Positions 11,032 to 21,915 of a stretch of 64,000 bases of DNA are shown here, piece by piece. The DNA lies in the NCBI RefSeq assembly GCF_011745625.1, contig NW_027191452.1, positions 186,001 through 250,000 on the forward strand, read 5' to 3'. This DNA comes from Cladosporium halotolerans. Taxonomy: Eukaryota. Numbering within the stretch: the first letter of the stretch is position 1; each line of letters starts with the position of its first letter. A program made the translations under genes and the position numbers. Under the pieces are notes generated by a model. The model worked only from the letters and a program-made list of their open reading frames with translations, made no database searches and was not told where the DNA came from.

Positions 11032-12614
11032 TATGGTGCTGCTCTAGCAATCTATCAATCAGGGAGATGCTGGCCGCGAGGCTGTCGGGCGCGGTCTGCT
11101 GGGTGCTGTCTACGGTGTAATCTGCAGACGTTGCTGCTACGGCTAGCCTACTAGTACTGCTGTCTCGCTCTGACACACGTCACTACCTACTGCAACCGGC
11201 GAGGCTGGCGGGGACGCAGCGCGGTGACGATCACAGGCACGCTGTATGCCTCTCCATCGTGCGAGCGCCCTCTGCCCACCTGGCCCGCCGGCGAAGCGAG
11301 GCGAAGCGAGGAATCTGCAAACACATCGCGGCGCGCAATCGCCGCCCTGCCCCCTCATCTGGCGATCCGCGAGCTTCCATCGACTGGCAGGTCGATTGGC
11401 CGACCGCGTGCAGTAGTGCCGCAGTCGCTGGCCCGCCGCGGCGTCTCGACCATCGAAATCGCAGGGCGAGCCTCTCGCGCCTTTGCCCGCTCGCGCCCAG
11501 CACGCAACTCACGCACGCACGCACGCTCGCTCCAGCCTGCTTAGGCAAGGCATGTATGAACAGAGGCCGCCGTCACAGCGCGCACGCATAGTCAGCTCAC
11601 GTCCGTCAAATCAGCCTCCCATTGCGACAGCCACGGCGCGCATGCGACATGCCTCACTCTGCAAAACGGGCCGGCTCATGGCTTCGGCAGCAAATCAGAC
11701 CGCCCATCACGCCCCCAGCGTTCTCACGGCGCTTCGCTGCGATGCCACCCGCCCCACGGAAACCTTCCACTGCTCACGACGAGCAGCACTGCCCGCGGTG
11801 CCGAGCCCACTACCGCCGTTCCTAGCTGTTCCGGCCTGCCCTTAGCAGCTCTACGCGCTTCGCTACTAAGGCTCGCATTTCGCGTTATACAGCGCACATC
11901 GAGTTCATGCGTGTGCCCTGCCAGTCCCCGCCACCAGCGCTTCGAACGCCGATGCCGTACCTGTGGATCCGCCGATTCATGGCTCAGAGCAACCAGACGG
12001 GTTCGCAACCTTAGCCCTCCTTAAGTGCTGACCGAATCAGCCACGACGCGTAGCGAATCTGGCAGTGATCACAGGTACAATATCGTCTCTGGCAATAATA
12101 ACATCTCGGAGGTACACGCGCCGCCCTTTCACTTCACGAACAGGAGCCTCAGAACGGCAATGCTCCCGGCAATCCTTCCGGTCAGGACAGCTACAGCACC
12201 CTTGGGCGCTGACACGACAGCAAGGATGCCCAGTCGCCCGAAACGCCGCCCATTCGCTCAACCTCCACGTAGTCAGGTACCGCTGCAGCTGCGTTTTCGC
12301 CCATCCATCACACTCACGTGCTGGCACTGCAGCACCCGCGTTAGACGCTGCTAGGCTCACGAGGCCGGATCTCGCGGTCCATCCTCGTCTCGCCTGTGGA
12401 TAAAAGCATCGCTGATGTCACGTGTGACGGTAAGTACTCCTCGGCGTTTCACCACCGGCCGTCTCACGGGACCTTGCTGTTGGGTTGGGCGTACAGCATG
12501 CCCGAGGGCGCCTGTCTGCCATAGCTTGCTCTATCAGAACCGAGCACGAGGGCTAGTAAGCGGCGCCTAAACATGGCTATCGGTAGGTGTGATGATTCCA
12601 TGCACGCCACGGAA

Positions 12615-13466
12615 TCATTCCTCTTGCGGGACCTCGCCGTCCGCGGGTATGTCGATATCGACGACGATTGGCTTGTTGAACGCCTTCGCTCCCCGGCCAT
12701 GGCTTTTCGCCATGATGCTCGCATTCACCACCGCCGTCTCCCTGCCTCTCCGCAACGCACACCCGCCCCGCGAGCCCGTCAAGTCGAACAGCGACTGCTT
12801 CCTATTGCCCAGCCCCGGGTCTCGCCACGCGGTCACACAGTCGTGCTCACCCTCAGCCCCGTCGCTCCAGCGAATGACTTCCCCCCCTCGCCCTTCATGA
12901 CAATGCCCGCAGACGTGCAAGGAAGGTCTGACCCGTCCCAGCGCTTGCTTGAGCGCAGGACAGCCTCCCCGAGTCCAATGCGCGCTGGCGTCCAGATGGC
13001 CCAGCGGAGGGGTGTGCGTGATGAGGACGTCGATGTCTGAAGGCACGGCTGACCACAGCTCTCCAGCTGCGTCCGCCGGTGTCTGGAACGCCCACTGCTT
13101 CTCTCCCGAAGAAGCGAGAGAGTACGGCGATCCGAAGACCTTCACTTTCACTCCCTTCACCTCCACCACTTTGCTCTCGTGCTCTAGATAGACCAGCCCC
13201 TCGTCCTCCCTAACCAGCTTGCGCACCTCTCCATCAAAACCCTCGTGCCGCTCATCAAGCGCCAGATCGTGATTCCCCGCGACAACGACCTTGACCGCAA
13301 AGTCGGCTTCGCGCAGCCAGGCGAGAGCTTTCTGCAGCTCGTGTGGGCTGCCTCGGTTCGTGAGGTCGCCGGCGTGGATGAGGACGTCGCCCGCGGGGAG
13401 CGTGAAGCCTTCGCCGGGCGAGGCGTTGTGCGTGTCTGAGAGGCAGGTGAGGCGGAGTTTGGGCAT
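12615..13466 (-). CDS. Calcineurin-like metallophosphoesterase (MPPED-type)
   Basis: Complete motif set: SDTH, HAGDL, AGNHD, ITHTPP, CGHCHE. Confidence 0.92.
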   Translation of the reverse strand: MPKLRLTCLSDTHNASPGEGFTLPAGDVLIHAGDLTNRGSPHELQKALAWLREADFAVKVVVAGNHDLALDERHEGFDGEVRKLVREDEGLVYLEHESKVVEVKGVKVKVFGSPYSLASSGEKQWAFQTPADAAGELWSAVPSDIDVLITHTPPLGHLDASAHWTRGGCPALKQALGRVRPSLHVCGHCHEGRGGEVIRWSDGAEGEHDCVTAWRDPGLGNRKQSLFDLTGSRGGCALRRGRETAVVNASIMAKSHGRGAKAFNKPIVVDIDIPADGEVPQEE

Positions 13467-14094
13467 GGTTTGATGGGTGCGGTAGTAGTTGTGATGTGAT
13501 TTTCTGCGTCAAATGGCATTTGATTGAGTGCTCGTGACTCGGAGGTGCTTCATGTCCGTTTTCTTCGTTTCCCCGTTGTTCACTTCAGCTGATGCAGCGC
13601 TCGACGGTGATGACAGCAGTGGGCTGACGTCGAGCTTGGTCTGGCACCTCAGCCATGTAGTGGTTCAGTCCGCCACTTCGATGTTCCTACAATTTGTGCG
13701 AGCAACTGTCACTATCAGTTCGATTAATAAATGATGTCTGTGTCAATTATTGGATCGCCCTAGAAGGTATGCTCCAATGACCTCGGCAGTTATTCCGCAC
13801 CGTGGTTACAAAGCGATGATGTAAATGCGGAGTTTACAAACGCAACCCCTCCGGACGTTCCTGAATATCAGAGTGGCGGCCTGAACAATGCTCTAGCTAT
13901 TCTTGACTTGCATGTTGCTCAAATTATTTTCCAGGCCATTGACACGATCATCTACTGTAAAACCAAGGCCAACTCCTGTAAGTGGACAGCTACATACAGC
14001 CATACCAGCAACAACCATTAAAGCTCACATACTCCCACAGAACCACCTCCTCCACTCACTCCAAGACAAATCGCCACACCACACTCTCACAACC

Positions 14095-14895
14095 ATGTCC
14101 GACGCGAAGAAACTCCGCACCCACCCGCAATACGAACTCCTCTACCACCCCTCCATCCCCGGCCGCGGCGAGTTCATCCGCCTCTGCTTCGAAGCCACCG
14201 GCGTGCCCTACACCGACGTCGCCAACGAGAAACCCTCCGGCTACGACACCGTGCAATCGATCTGCATGAACACCTCCCTGACCAGCGCGGACTCCAACCC
14301 GCCCGTCTTCGCGCCGCCGGCCCTCCGCGTCCCGGGCGCCGGCGCAGACGGCAAAGCCCTCGTCATCGCCCAGACGCCCAGCATCCTCATGTACCTTTCC
14401 GAGCGCCTGGGGCTGGCGCCGGACGACGAGGCCGCGACGTACCACGTCTACCAGCTGGCGTTCACGGCGCTGGACTTGAACAACGAGGTGCACGACACGC
14501 ACCACCCGCTCGCGGTGGCGAAGTACTACGAGGACCAGAAGGACGCGGCGCTCGTGAAGGCTACGGATGTGAGGGAGAACCGGCTGCCGAAGTTTTTCTC
14601 GTATTTCGAGAGGACTTTGAGGTTTAATGAGGAGAATGGGGGCGGGGAGGGGAAGTATCTTGTTGGCGGGAGGTTGACGTTTGCGGATCTGGTGGTTTGG
14701 CAGGTGATTGATGGGTTGTATTTTTCGTTCCCGAAGGAGATGGAGGCGAGGAAGAAGGAGTATGGGAAGTTGCTTGACGGGTTCTATGAGAGTGTCAAGC
14801 AGGAGGGTGGGCTGAAGGAGTACCTGAAGAGCGAGAGGAGACTGCCGTACAGTCAGGGGGTTTTCAGGTACTACCCTGAGCTGGACAGGCAGTGA
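14095..14895 (+). CDS. Glutathione S-transferase
   Basis: YELLYHPSIPGRGEFIRL, IAQTPSILMYL and YLVGGRLTFADL. ATG at 14095 in CAACCATG context. Confidence 0.9.
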   Translation: MSDAKKLRTHPQYELLYHPSIPGRGEFIRLCFEATGVPYTDVANEKPSGYDTVQSICMNTSLTSADSNPPVFAPPALRVPGAGADGKALVIAQTPSILMYLSERLGLAPDDEAATYHVYQLAFTALDLNNEVHDTHHPLAVAKYYEDQKDAALVKATDVRENRLPKFFSYFERTLRFNEENGGGEGKYLVGGRLTFADLVVWQVIDGLYFSFPKEMEARKKEYGKLLDGFYESVKQEGGLKEYLKSERRLPYSQGVFRYYPELDRQ

Positions 14896-15707
14896 GAGTC
14901 GTTTTCTAAGGAATGGTATGCGAGCTCAAGTTGTTTGGAGACCAGGGCTGGCGACCACACTACATTACACGAACAGATGCTTCAATTTGACAAATAACGA
15001 CTGCAAAGCGAATGGGCTGCAACAAGTGACAAATGCTCTGCGCAACCGAACAGAGCACTGAACATGGAAAAATCCACTTGGCTATGCCTTGACTGCTCAG
15101 AAGCTTAGGATCCGCCTGGCGAAATAGAGTACCAAGACTGTCGCGTGTCTATACCTCCGCCACCAACAACAACCGCACTCCACTTTCAACGTCAACGTAG
15201 GTCCGGTATCTCTTCCATACCATTCTGAGACGCCAACAGCAATCCTCGCGATGTTACCGTGGTATGTCCAAGAACTAGAATTCCTCTTCTCATTTCGCTT
15301 CGAATGAGTCTGTGTTGCCAAGGGCGATTTATGCTCACAAATACGTTCCTGCGCTTGCAATACGGGCGCCGCAGGATTAGTGGTACCTCGATTTAGATAC
15401 AAGCGAAACGGCCAAGACTACTGAGCGAGGGCTGTGTATTTCTACCAAAACACGTGCATCTCGAGTGAAGCCAGCTGATTGGGCGGCAGGGGTTCGAAGT
15501 CGCTTGCCCCAGACTTCGTCCTTCCTTCAGCTGAAGTCCGAGCAACTTCACATCGTCGCTCATACCATCGACATGCACTTTTAGCTCCCTCCGCAGTAAA
15601 GCACTGTCTGTTGGGGGCGTTGTCGAAGGATGGAGACATGTCTGAAAATACATCCAACGGATATTGAACCGTATGCGACAGGAGGGGGCACGAAGATGAA
15701 GGTTATG

Positions 15708-15715
15708 TATAAATA
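15708..15715 (+). promoter_or_regulatory. TATA box of the secreted-protein gene
   Basis: TATAAATA about 150 nt upstream of ATG 15859. Confidence 0.5.
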
Positions 15716-15858
15716 CCGATGTCCTATACCATCAATTCAATACAGTCCAAACACAACACAATTCAGAGCATTCAATCCCCTTTGTCAGCTTTAGCATTTC
15801 ATTTTCCAGTCGTTGACTTCCTCTATCGTACAATTTCTTTGCAAAAAGCACACTCAGC

Positions 15859-17459
15859 ATGCATTCTTTCTCGTTGACCTCAGCCACTGCCACCGCGGCG
15901 CTGCTCGCCGTGGCCAACGCCAAAATACCCCAAGAGTTGATCGACAGGAAGCTGCCAGATTGTACCTCTACGGGCTTCGATGCAATTGAGGACAAAGGTA
16001 CTTTCTGGTACAACACTGGCGCCGAGCAGTTTGCCGACGACTTCATCAACTCCCACCCCAACTCCGACCACACCACCTGGGTTCAGGAGCTTTACCATGA
16101 TCTCTTTCCCGACACTACCATGTCCGACTACGCCTGCACCGACCCGGATGCGCCATGCAACTTTGCAAAGGAGTGTGGTATGTCGAAACCCGCAATTTGG
16201 CATGGTGCCCTTCTTCGACAAAAGCTTGCTTGCTGAACTTCTCCCAAAGATGCATACAACGCCATCGGTAAAGGCGGTCTGTACTACCTCTTCGAGTCGC
16301 TGTCGAACTTCCACGCCTACATGGGCGCGCTGAAGCTGAAAATGCTCGAGAACGCCTTCACTCAGGCCTCGCAGGTCGGCATCATCAGAGAGATGCTGAA
16401 CCTTCCCGACGGCAAGGCAGAAGAGCCCATCAACTTCTTCGCACTTTTGAGCGGAGCAGCCTCCATCGGTAGCACGGCTGCCACAAACCCTGCTCACGCC
16501 GGCGGCCTCGCGGCGCTGAGTGGTGTGTTCAGCTTATTGAACGAGGTCATGCCGAAACCGTGAGTTTCTGAGTGTAGCACAACCAAGATATCTCGCCTGC
16601 TAACAGCCATTAGTGAGGATGCCAGAGACATGAATGACGAGGCAACCGCAGCCATCTCCGCGTTGGTCGGACAGGCTGTCAAGCAGTCTCGCGAGGAAAT
16701 CGTTAAGGTCGTCGCAGCGGTCTTCGGCAAGTTTGGCCACCTCCAGACCGACATCCCTGAAGTCATGCGCCGCGGAGGCGTCAAGAACCCTGCCGTCTCA
16801 GTCCTCGGCTGGGGCGACTGGCTGAAAGACAACGGCCTGAATGGCCTCCAAGACCTGATCGACGACATGGCCCCGAAAGTCGTACGTCGCCTCTCCACCC
16901 CCCTCCCCAACTTACAGGCAGCAGCTGCTAACCTTCCCACCAGGACCAATCCCTCCTCTGGCAAATGGCCCGCCTCTACAAGCGCACGTACGTCGTCGTG
17001 CGCACCGACCTCGACGTCAACGAATGCACGAACCCCAACAACGCCTGGGACGCTGAGAAGAACCGCTGCCTCGACCTGCTCCCCTGGGACGGCAGCGTCG
17101 ACGGCACGCTGGGCGGCGCCAACGACCTCAACGACATATGGGGCAAGTGGAACATGGACCCGTTCACCACAATGCGCAACGCCGTCGACTGCTGGGAGGC
17201 GAACAACGGCAAGATCGGGCCCGTCGTCATCGACCGCAACTGGGCTGACTCCAGCCCGCCTGCGTGCTACTTTGCTATGACTGTTCTGAAGGGGAGTTAC
17301 AGCGATATTCAGAAGGGCACGCTGTGGCTTTCGGGCGATTTTGCTGGGCAGAGCGGCATGGAGGACAAGCTTTGGCCGAAGAACAAGTGCGATTCGGCGC
17401 TTGAGCAGGGCGAAGAGGAGTGCAACTATGAGTGGAAGGAGGGAGGAGAGGAGGAGTAG
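15859..17459 (+). CDS. Secreted Cys-containing protein of unknown function, 4 exons, about 470 aa
   Basis: Exons 15859-16177, 16250-16559, 16614-16881 and 16944-17459 join in frame. Donors are GTATGT/GTGAGT/GTACGT, with branch-site-like motifs before each AG. N-terminal signal peptide (TATAALLAVANA) and 10 Cys. Confidence 0.8.
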
Positions 17460-17588
17460 AAGTAATCTTAGCACACCATTCCTTGTGTACACACGGAGGC
17501 TGGCATAGACGATTTGGTACAGAGACGGAGAGATGAGATGCATTCACGGCGTCGGTTGCAGCATTTACTTATAGGAGTCCTCGGTATC

Positions 17589-18014
17589 TCAATTGTTGGT
17601 GTTGAACTTGTGCCCGCACTTCGGACAGGTGTAGAAGATCGTCGTGCCTTCGTCCGCGCTGCGCATCTGGACTTCGCTGAATCGCATCTCAGGGTGCTGG
17701 CATTGCGGGCACTCTTCCGAAATCACTTGCTGCGCGGCGGCGATTTCTTGGGAGATCGCGAGGGTGGTAAAATTGTCGCGTTTGCGTTGCAGAGCGGAAG
17801 GGAAAGCCGTGGATAGGGAATTAGATGTGGTCTCTTCGGGCCATTTGTCTAGCAATGATCATGTTAGCGTTTGCTTTAGCAAATACGCAAGGCTGGACGT
17901 ACTCGGGTTCACTGTTTCGCACAGCTCGCAAGTGATCTCTGGCTTGTCTGCTTTGTTGAGTCGAGGTAGGAGATTCCCGCAGGTCTTGCGGAACAGCAAA
18001 CCGATGAAAGCCAT
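17589..18014 (-). CDS. RPA12: RNA polymerase I subunit A12 (Zn-ribbon), 2 exons, 123 aa
   Basis: Exons 18014-17903 and 17848-17589. C-terminal TFIIS-like ribbon CPQC...QMRSADEGTTIFYTCPKC; N-terminal xCGNLL...CELC. Confidence 0.9.
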
Positions 18015-18249
18015 GGTGTGCTATTCGCGGGGTTCAGGAGCAACGTGAGTGTTTGGAAAGTGATTGGGTGGCATGTGAACTGGGCTAGGTTTCATCCTCT
18101 GCGAGAAGCCGGCCTTTCCTGCAAGGTCGTACATGAGCGTCACGCCTCACGAACGGCTGCCTTCACTGATGAGCAAGCGGACCAATGAATGTTGAGCGCC
18201 CGTTTTTCACAGTTCCCTACAGGAGAATCAATGATGACAAGAATTGCTT

Positions 18250-19398
18250 TCATAATAGCACCTTACTCTCACCACTTGAGAGAGCGACTTGTTCCGAGCT
18301 ATTATCATCTCCTTCCTTCTCACACCGAGATGAACCGAGGGACCGCGCGCTTCCTTCCCGGCGCACATTGAAAGGAGCTTGAGCTGCAGCAATCAGCCAA
18401 GCCAAGAAACCTCGACCTCTCTCAGGAGCTTCCATTCGCTCGTATAAACAGTACTTGGCCTCGTACTTTTGCGGTGTCTCGCAGTCTACCATTCTGTCTT
18501 CCCCATCTTCCATCGATTGTATTACACCTTCTTCCCCTGACGGCTTTCTCAAGACAGCCAGGGGATACAAAGGTGGGTCGGCGAAGGACGCCAGTGGAAT
18601 ATCGGCATCGGAAAGCCCGCCCTCAGTGAAGAAGATAGCTTCCGCAGATTCTTCGTCTTCATTAGGTATCAGCGTCTCGTGGCGTTTGCGTCGACCATAA
18701 GATCTCGCACTCTGGTTACGCAGCTTTGCCGTATGATTGTGATGGTGGTTGTTGAAGGCGATCAAGAGCGTGAGAGATGCCCTTACGTCGTCCTCTGCCT
18801 TTAGTAAACAGACACCGATCCATTCCGGTAAGGGCGGCAGAGCTCCATTTCTCCAATCCTTATATCCGTGGTCACCAAACATGGCGAGCGGCACTACGGT
18901 GCGAAAGTGCTCCAAATGTGATATCCCATCAATGGCATCTTGCCTCGCGAAGACTGGGACGTTGGGATGCAGTTGACGAAGTTGGTTTCCGTCGGTAGGC
19001 AGGGTGTGCTTCACCACCGCCGCATCCACAATTGTTTCTAGTCTTTCTAGCTCGTCCTCCGCTGAGCCATTGCTCTTTCTTCTAGCCTCTGGCTGGCTCT
19101 CACCAGCTAACAGCTCAATGTCCCTCAACAGCTCTTCCACTCCGTTGAGGGTCTGGACGGCATTACCTATTGCCAGCTTTGGGTGCTGCTTCGGTGTGGC
19201 TCGAAAATCTGCAAAGAAAGGGTCCACCAGTATGTTGTAGAAGAATCGTGAGCCATGTCGAACGGCATGCGACGGTCTCGGAATCTGAAGGATGTAGGTG
19301 CTGCCGTGCAGACGGTGGAGGATCGGGCGGCGTGCTGCTAGCTCATGTTGGATGGCGTGTCTCAAATCCAACTGCAGCTGCACAGATGGCTCATCCAT
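18250..19398 (-). CDS. Divergent metallo-beta-lactamase-fold-like protein lacking His ligands
   Basis: 382-aa ORF. The block order RPILH...NILVDP...DAAVVxH...PVFA...DWR...PLPEWIG...EAIF...AKY...LSSGE matches a fungal MBL-fold family from memory. Confidence 0.55.
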   Translation of the reverse strand: MDEPSVQLQLDLRHAIQHELAARRPILHRLHGSTYILQIPRPSHAVRHGSRFFYNILVDPFFADFRATPKQHPKLAIGNAVQTLNGVEELLRDIELLAGESQPEARRKSNGSAEDELERLETIVDAAVVKHTLPTDGNQLRQLHPNVPVFARQDAIDGISHLEHFRTVVPLAMFGDHGYKDWRNGALPPLPEWIGVCLLKAEDDVRASLTLLIAFNNHHHNHTAKLRNQSARSYGRRKRHETLIPNEDEESAEAIFFTEGGLSDADIPLASFADPPLYPLAVLRKPSGEEGVIQSMEDGEDRMVDCETPQKYEAKYCLYERMEAPERGRGFLAWLIAAAQAPFNVRREGSARSLGSSRCEKEGDDNSSEQVALSSGESKVLL

Positions 19399-19683
19399 TT
19401 ATGAATCGGACTAGGCGGCATTGCGAAACATCAAGGGTCCTGGAGAGGTGTCAAGCTGTGAGAGCTTGTGGTAAGTTTGACAACGGCCGTTGGCGTGTCA
19501 ATGCCCACAGCTTCACGGCAGCGGGCCTGCTGATCTGATCCACCTGCCAAGGTGGAGAAGTCCTACCCCAAGCGTTGAACATCATTAACGGCCCTCTTCT
19601 CTGTCGATCACTGCCAGGCCCATATTTCAGTTGGGCTCACAGTCCTAGACGTTAGTTTTCACCTGTAGCAGAGCTCTCCGGCC

Positions 19684-20805
19684 ATGGGCAACGAGTATCA
19701 ACCTTCCCATGGGCCTCCCCCGAGATACACCGGTCAGCTTGGGTCAAACAACCCCTCCAGAAATCAAATACAGGGTCGCCCAGAGCAGCCGCCGTCCTAC
19801 CAGCCGCCCGCTGGGCCTCCTCCTGGATGGTCCGATAAGAAGCCCTCCCATCAGAACGACGAATACCTGCCTCCATCAGGTCCGCCACCGGGACATTCAT
19901 CCACGAGCTCAGAATTCCAGCCGCCTCCAGGCCCTCCTCCACGCCATGGTGCCAACGAACCAGCACCGCCACCCTATGATCCATGGATGGTTGTCCCGGA
20001 TAGCAGTCTTTTGCCACCACCGCCCTCGTTCAAACAAGACACGTCGCCAACAGCGAACGCCGACTGGGACGACGCAGCCCGTGGCCATGCTTGGATCGAT
20101 CGCAACCCACTCTGGCAGCCACGGCAGCACGACCAGCAGACCGTGACCCGCATCGCGCACGGTGATATCCGCCTCACCATGCCGCCGGACACAACGAACG
20201 TGGCGATGTATCAGCCCGGTCTTGGTCGCACGAGCGTTCGCACAAACGCCAAGTGTCAAGACACTATCTTCCTTTCTGACATTCCCGTCTTCGCTTCGGC
20301 TCAGCACAATCCACTCGTGACCGAGAAATCGAGAACGACTTACTACGAGCTTGAAGTCAAATCCATGGGCAACAATGTCGTGGGATCAGGCGACGCTGGA
20401 ATCGCTATTGGCTTGCTCGCTCCGCCGTATCCGTCATGGCGCCTACCTGGCTGGCACCGTGCATCTCTTGGTGTGCACGGTGATGACGGACGGAGATATG
20501 TGGACGACTCAGATGGCGGTAGAGATTTCGTCAGCCCTTTCCGGAAAGGAGATGTCGTGGGTATTGGGATGACCCACAATCTCCCCACGTACGCGAGCGG
20601 GAGAGGTAAATGCGAGGTGTTCTTCACGAGGAACGGAAAGAGGGAGGGTCAGTGGGACCTTCACGAGGAGACAGACCGGGATTTTGAAGGTGGTGATGTA
20701 AGGGGCCTGGAGGGCGAAAACGACATTCTGGCTGCAGTGGGATGCTTTGGAGCGGTCGAGTTCGAGGTGAGGTTTCAGCCTGCTGAGTGGAGGTTTAGGC
20801 CATGA
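19684..20805 (+). CDS. SPRY-domain protein (Ssh4/Ear1-like) with Pro-rich N-terminus
   Basis: YYELEV, PYPSWRLPGWHRASLGVHGDDGRRY, GDVVGIG and VFFTRNGK. The N-terminus has PPxY-like motifs and PPxGPPP repeats. Confidence 0.88.
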   Translation: MGNEYQPSHGPPPRYTGQLGSNNPSRNQIQGRPEQPPSYQPPAGPPPGWSDKKPSHQNDEYLPPSGPPPGHSSTSSEFQPPPGPPPRHGANEPAPPPYDPWMVVPDSSLLPPPPSFKQDTSPTANADWDDAARGHAWIDRNPLWQPRQHDQQTVTRIAHGDIRLTMPPDTTNVAMYQPGLGRTSVRTNAKCQDTIFLSDIPVFASAQHNPLVTEKSRTTYYELEVKSMGNNVVGSGDAGIAIGLLAPPYPSWRLPGWHRASLGVHGDDGRRYVDDSDGGRDFVSPFRKGDVVGIGMTHNLPTYASGRGKCEVFFTRNGKREGQWDLHEETDRDFEGGDVRGLEGENDILAAVGCFGAVEFEVRFQPAEWRFRP

Positions 20806-20983
20806 TGTGATCGATGGGACTGGGCTATGATCTATGATATGAATGAAACGGCACGATCTACAACGACGTATCCATGAATTTCTCTGAGGTGCTGAATGAC
20901 CTTATGAGTGATCCCGTATTTCTGAAGCTCCATATCGACATTGCCACACAGAAGGCCCTACAGACACATGCTCAAAAACATAC

Positions 20984-21520
20984 TCATTTCCACCGAGGAC
21001 TCCAAGCAGCCTCATTCCAAGCCTGCCTTGAGCTCCCAGCTCCTGGATTGAAAGGACCTCCCCGCGACTCTCCCCTCAACCGATCAAGCACCTCATCACC
21101 CGGCATGTTCCACCCGTGTATGCGTTGCTGAGCTTTCAGCGCAGCCACTTCCTTCTCAAGAACATTCACTTCCCTCCGAAGCTCTTCGAGCCTCCTCGCG
21201 AATCTAGTGTGCGTCGTGTTCAGCTCTTGCAAGTCCTCGGTGATGTGGCGCTTCTCCAGGATCCTGTCCCAGTGGCCCTCCACCGCAGGATCTGTCACCC
21301 AGTCTCGGACGTAGGTTTCAAGTGCTTCAATCCTGATGGCTAGGGAGTCGTATTGGATTTGCTTGGCCCTCGGCCGGACCGAGATTTTCTTTGGGTTTCC
21401 GTTAGGACGCTTGGGTTGGAACTTGGGTGGCATTTTTAGGAGCTTAGGACGCTTCTGCCAGATTTTCTGCGGCACTCTTGAGACCTTGTTCAACCCTGTG
21501 GGCCAGAGCTTGAGCGGCAT
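20984..21520 (-). CDS. Hypothetical basic coiled-coil protein
   Basis: ATG at 21520 (MPLKLW). Lys/Pro-rich start followed by heptad-like LEELRREVNVLEKEVAALKAQQ. No family recognised. Confidence 0.45.
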   Translation of the reverse strand: MPLKLWPTGLNKVSRVPQKIWQKRPKLLKMPPKFQPKRPNGNPKKISVRPRAKQIQYDSLAIRIEALETYVRDWVTDPAVEGHWDRILEKRHITEDLQELNTTHTRFARRLEELRREVNVLEKEVAALKAQQRIHGWNMPGDEVLDRLRGESRGGPFNPGAGSSRQAWNEAAWSPRWK

Positions 21521-21915
21521 TTCGGCTTCTGTCGACTGGGCGAAGACGAGCGTTGGGACTATCGGCAAACTCGACTTATTATGCTGATTGCGACTCTGGT
21601 TTGCTGATCGTTTTGTGAAGCGGGCAACAAACACCTGTCTGTGGAAGAAATCAAGCTTCGGAGGCAAGATGTAATGTTTGTGTGAGGGGGCGTGATTGCA
21701 ATAATCACGCTGACGAGGCACGTTCTCTTCAACTTCTGGTGCGTGCACTCTCGCAAAATAGCTTCTGCTGCTGCATAATCAGGTCAATCCTACAGGGTCT
21801 ACTATTCCATCTTGGACAAGGACTAAGGAGCTGAGTGTGGGTGGCCTCGATCATGGAGGAAATGGCTGGAGAGAACATCTTAGGTGGGTAGGTATCCTAA
21901 AATTCTTATCCTCCA

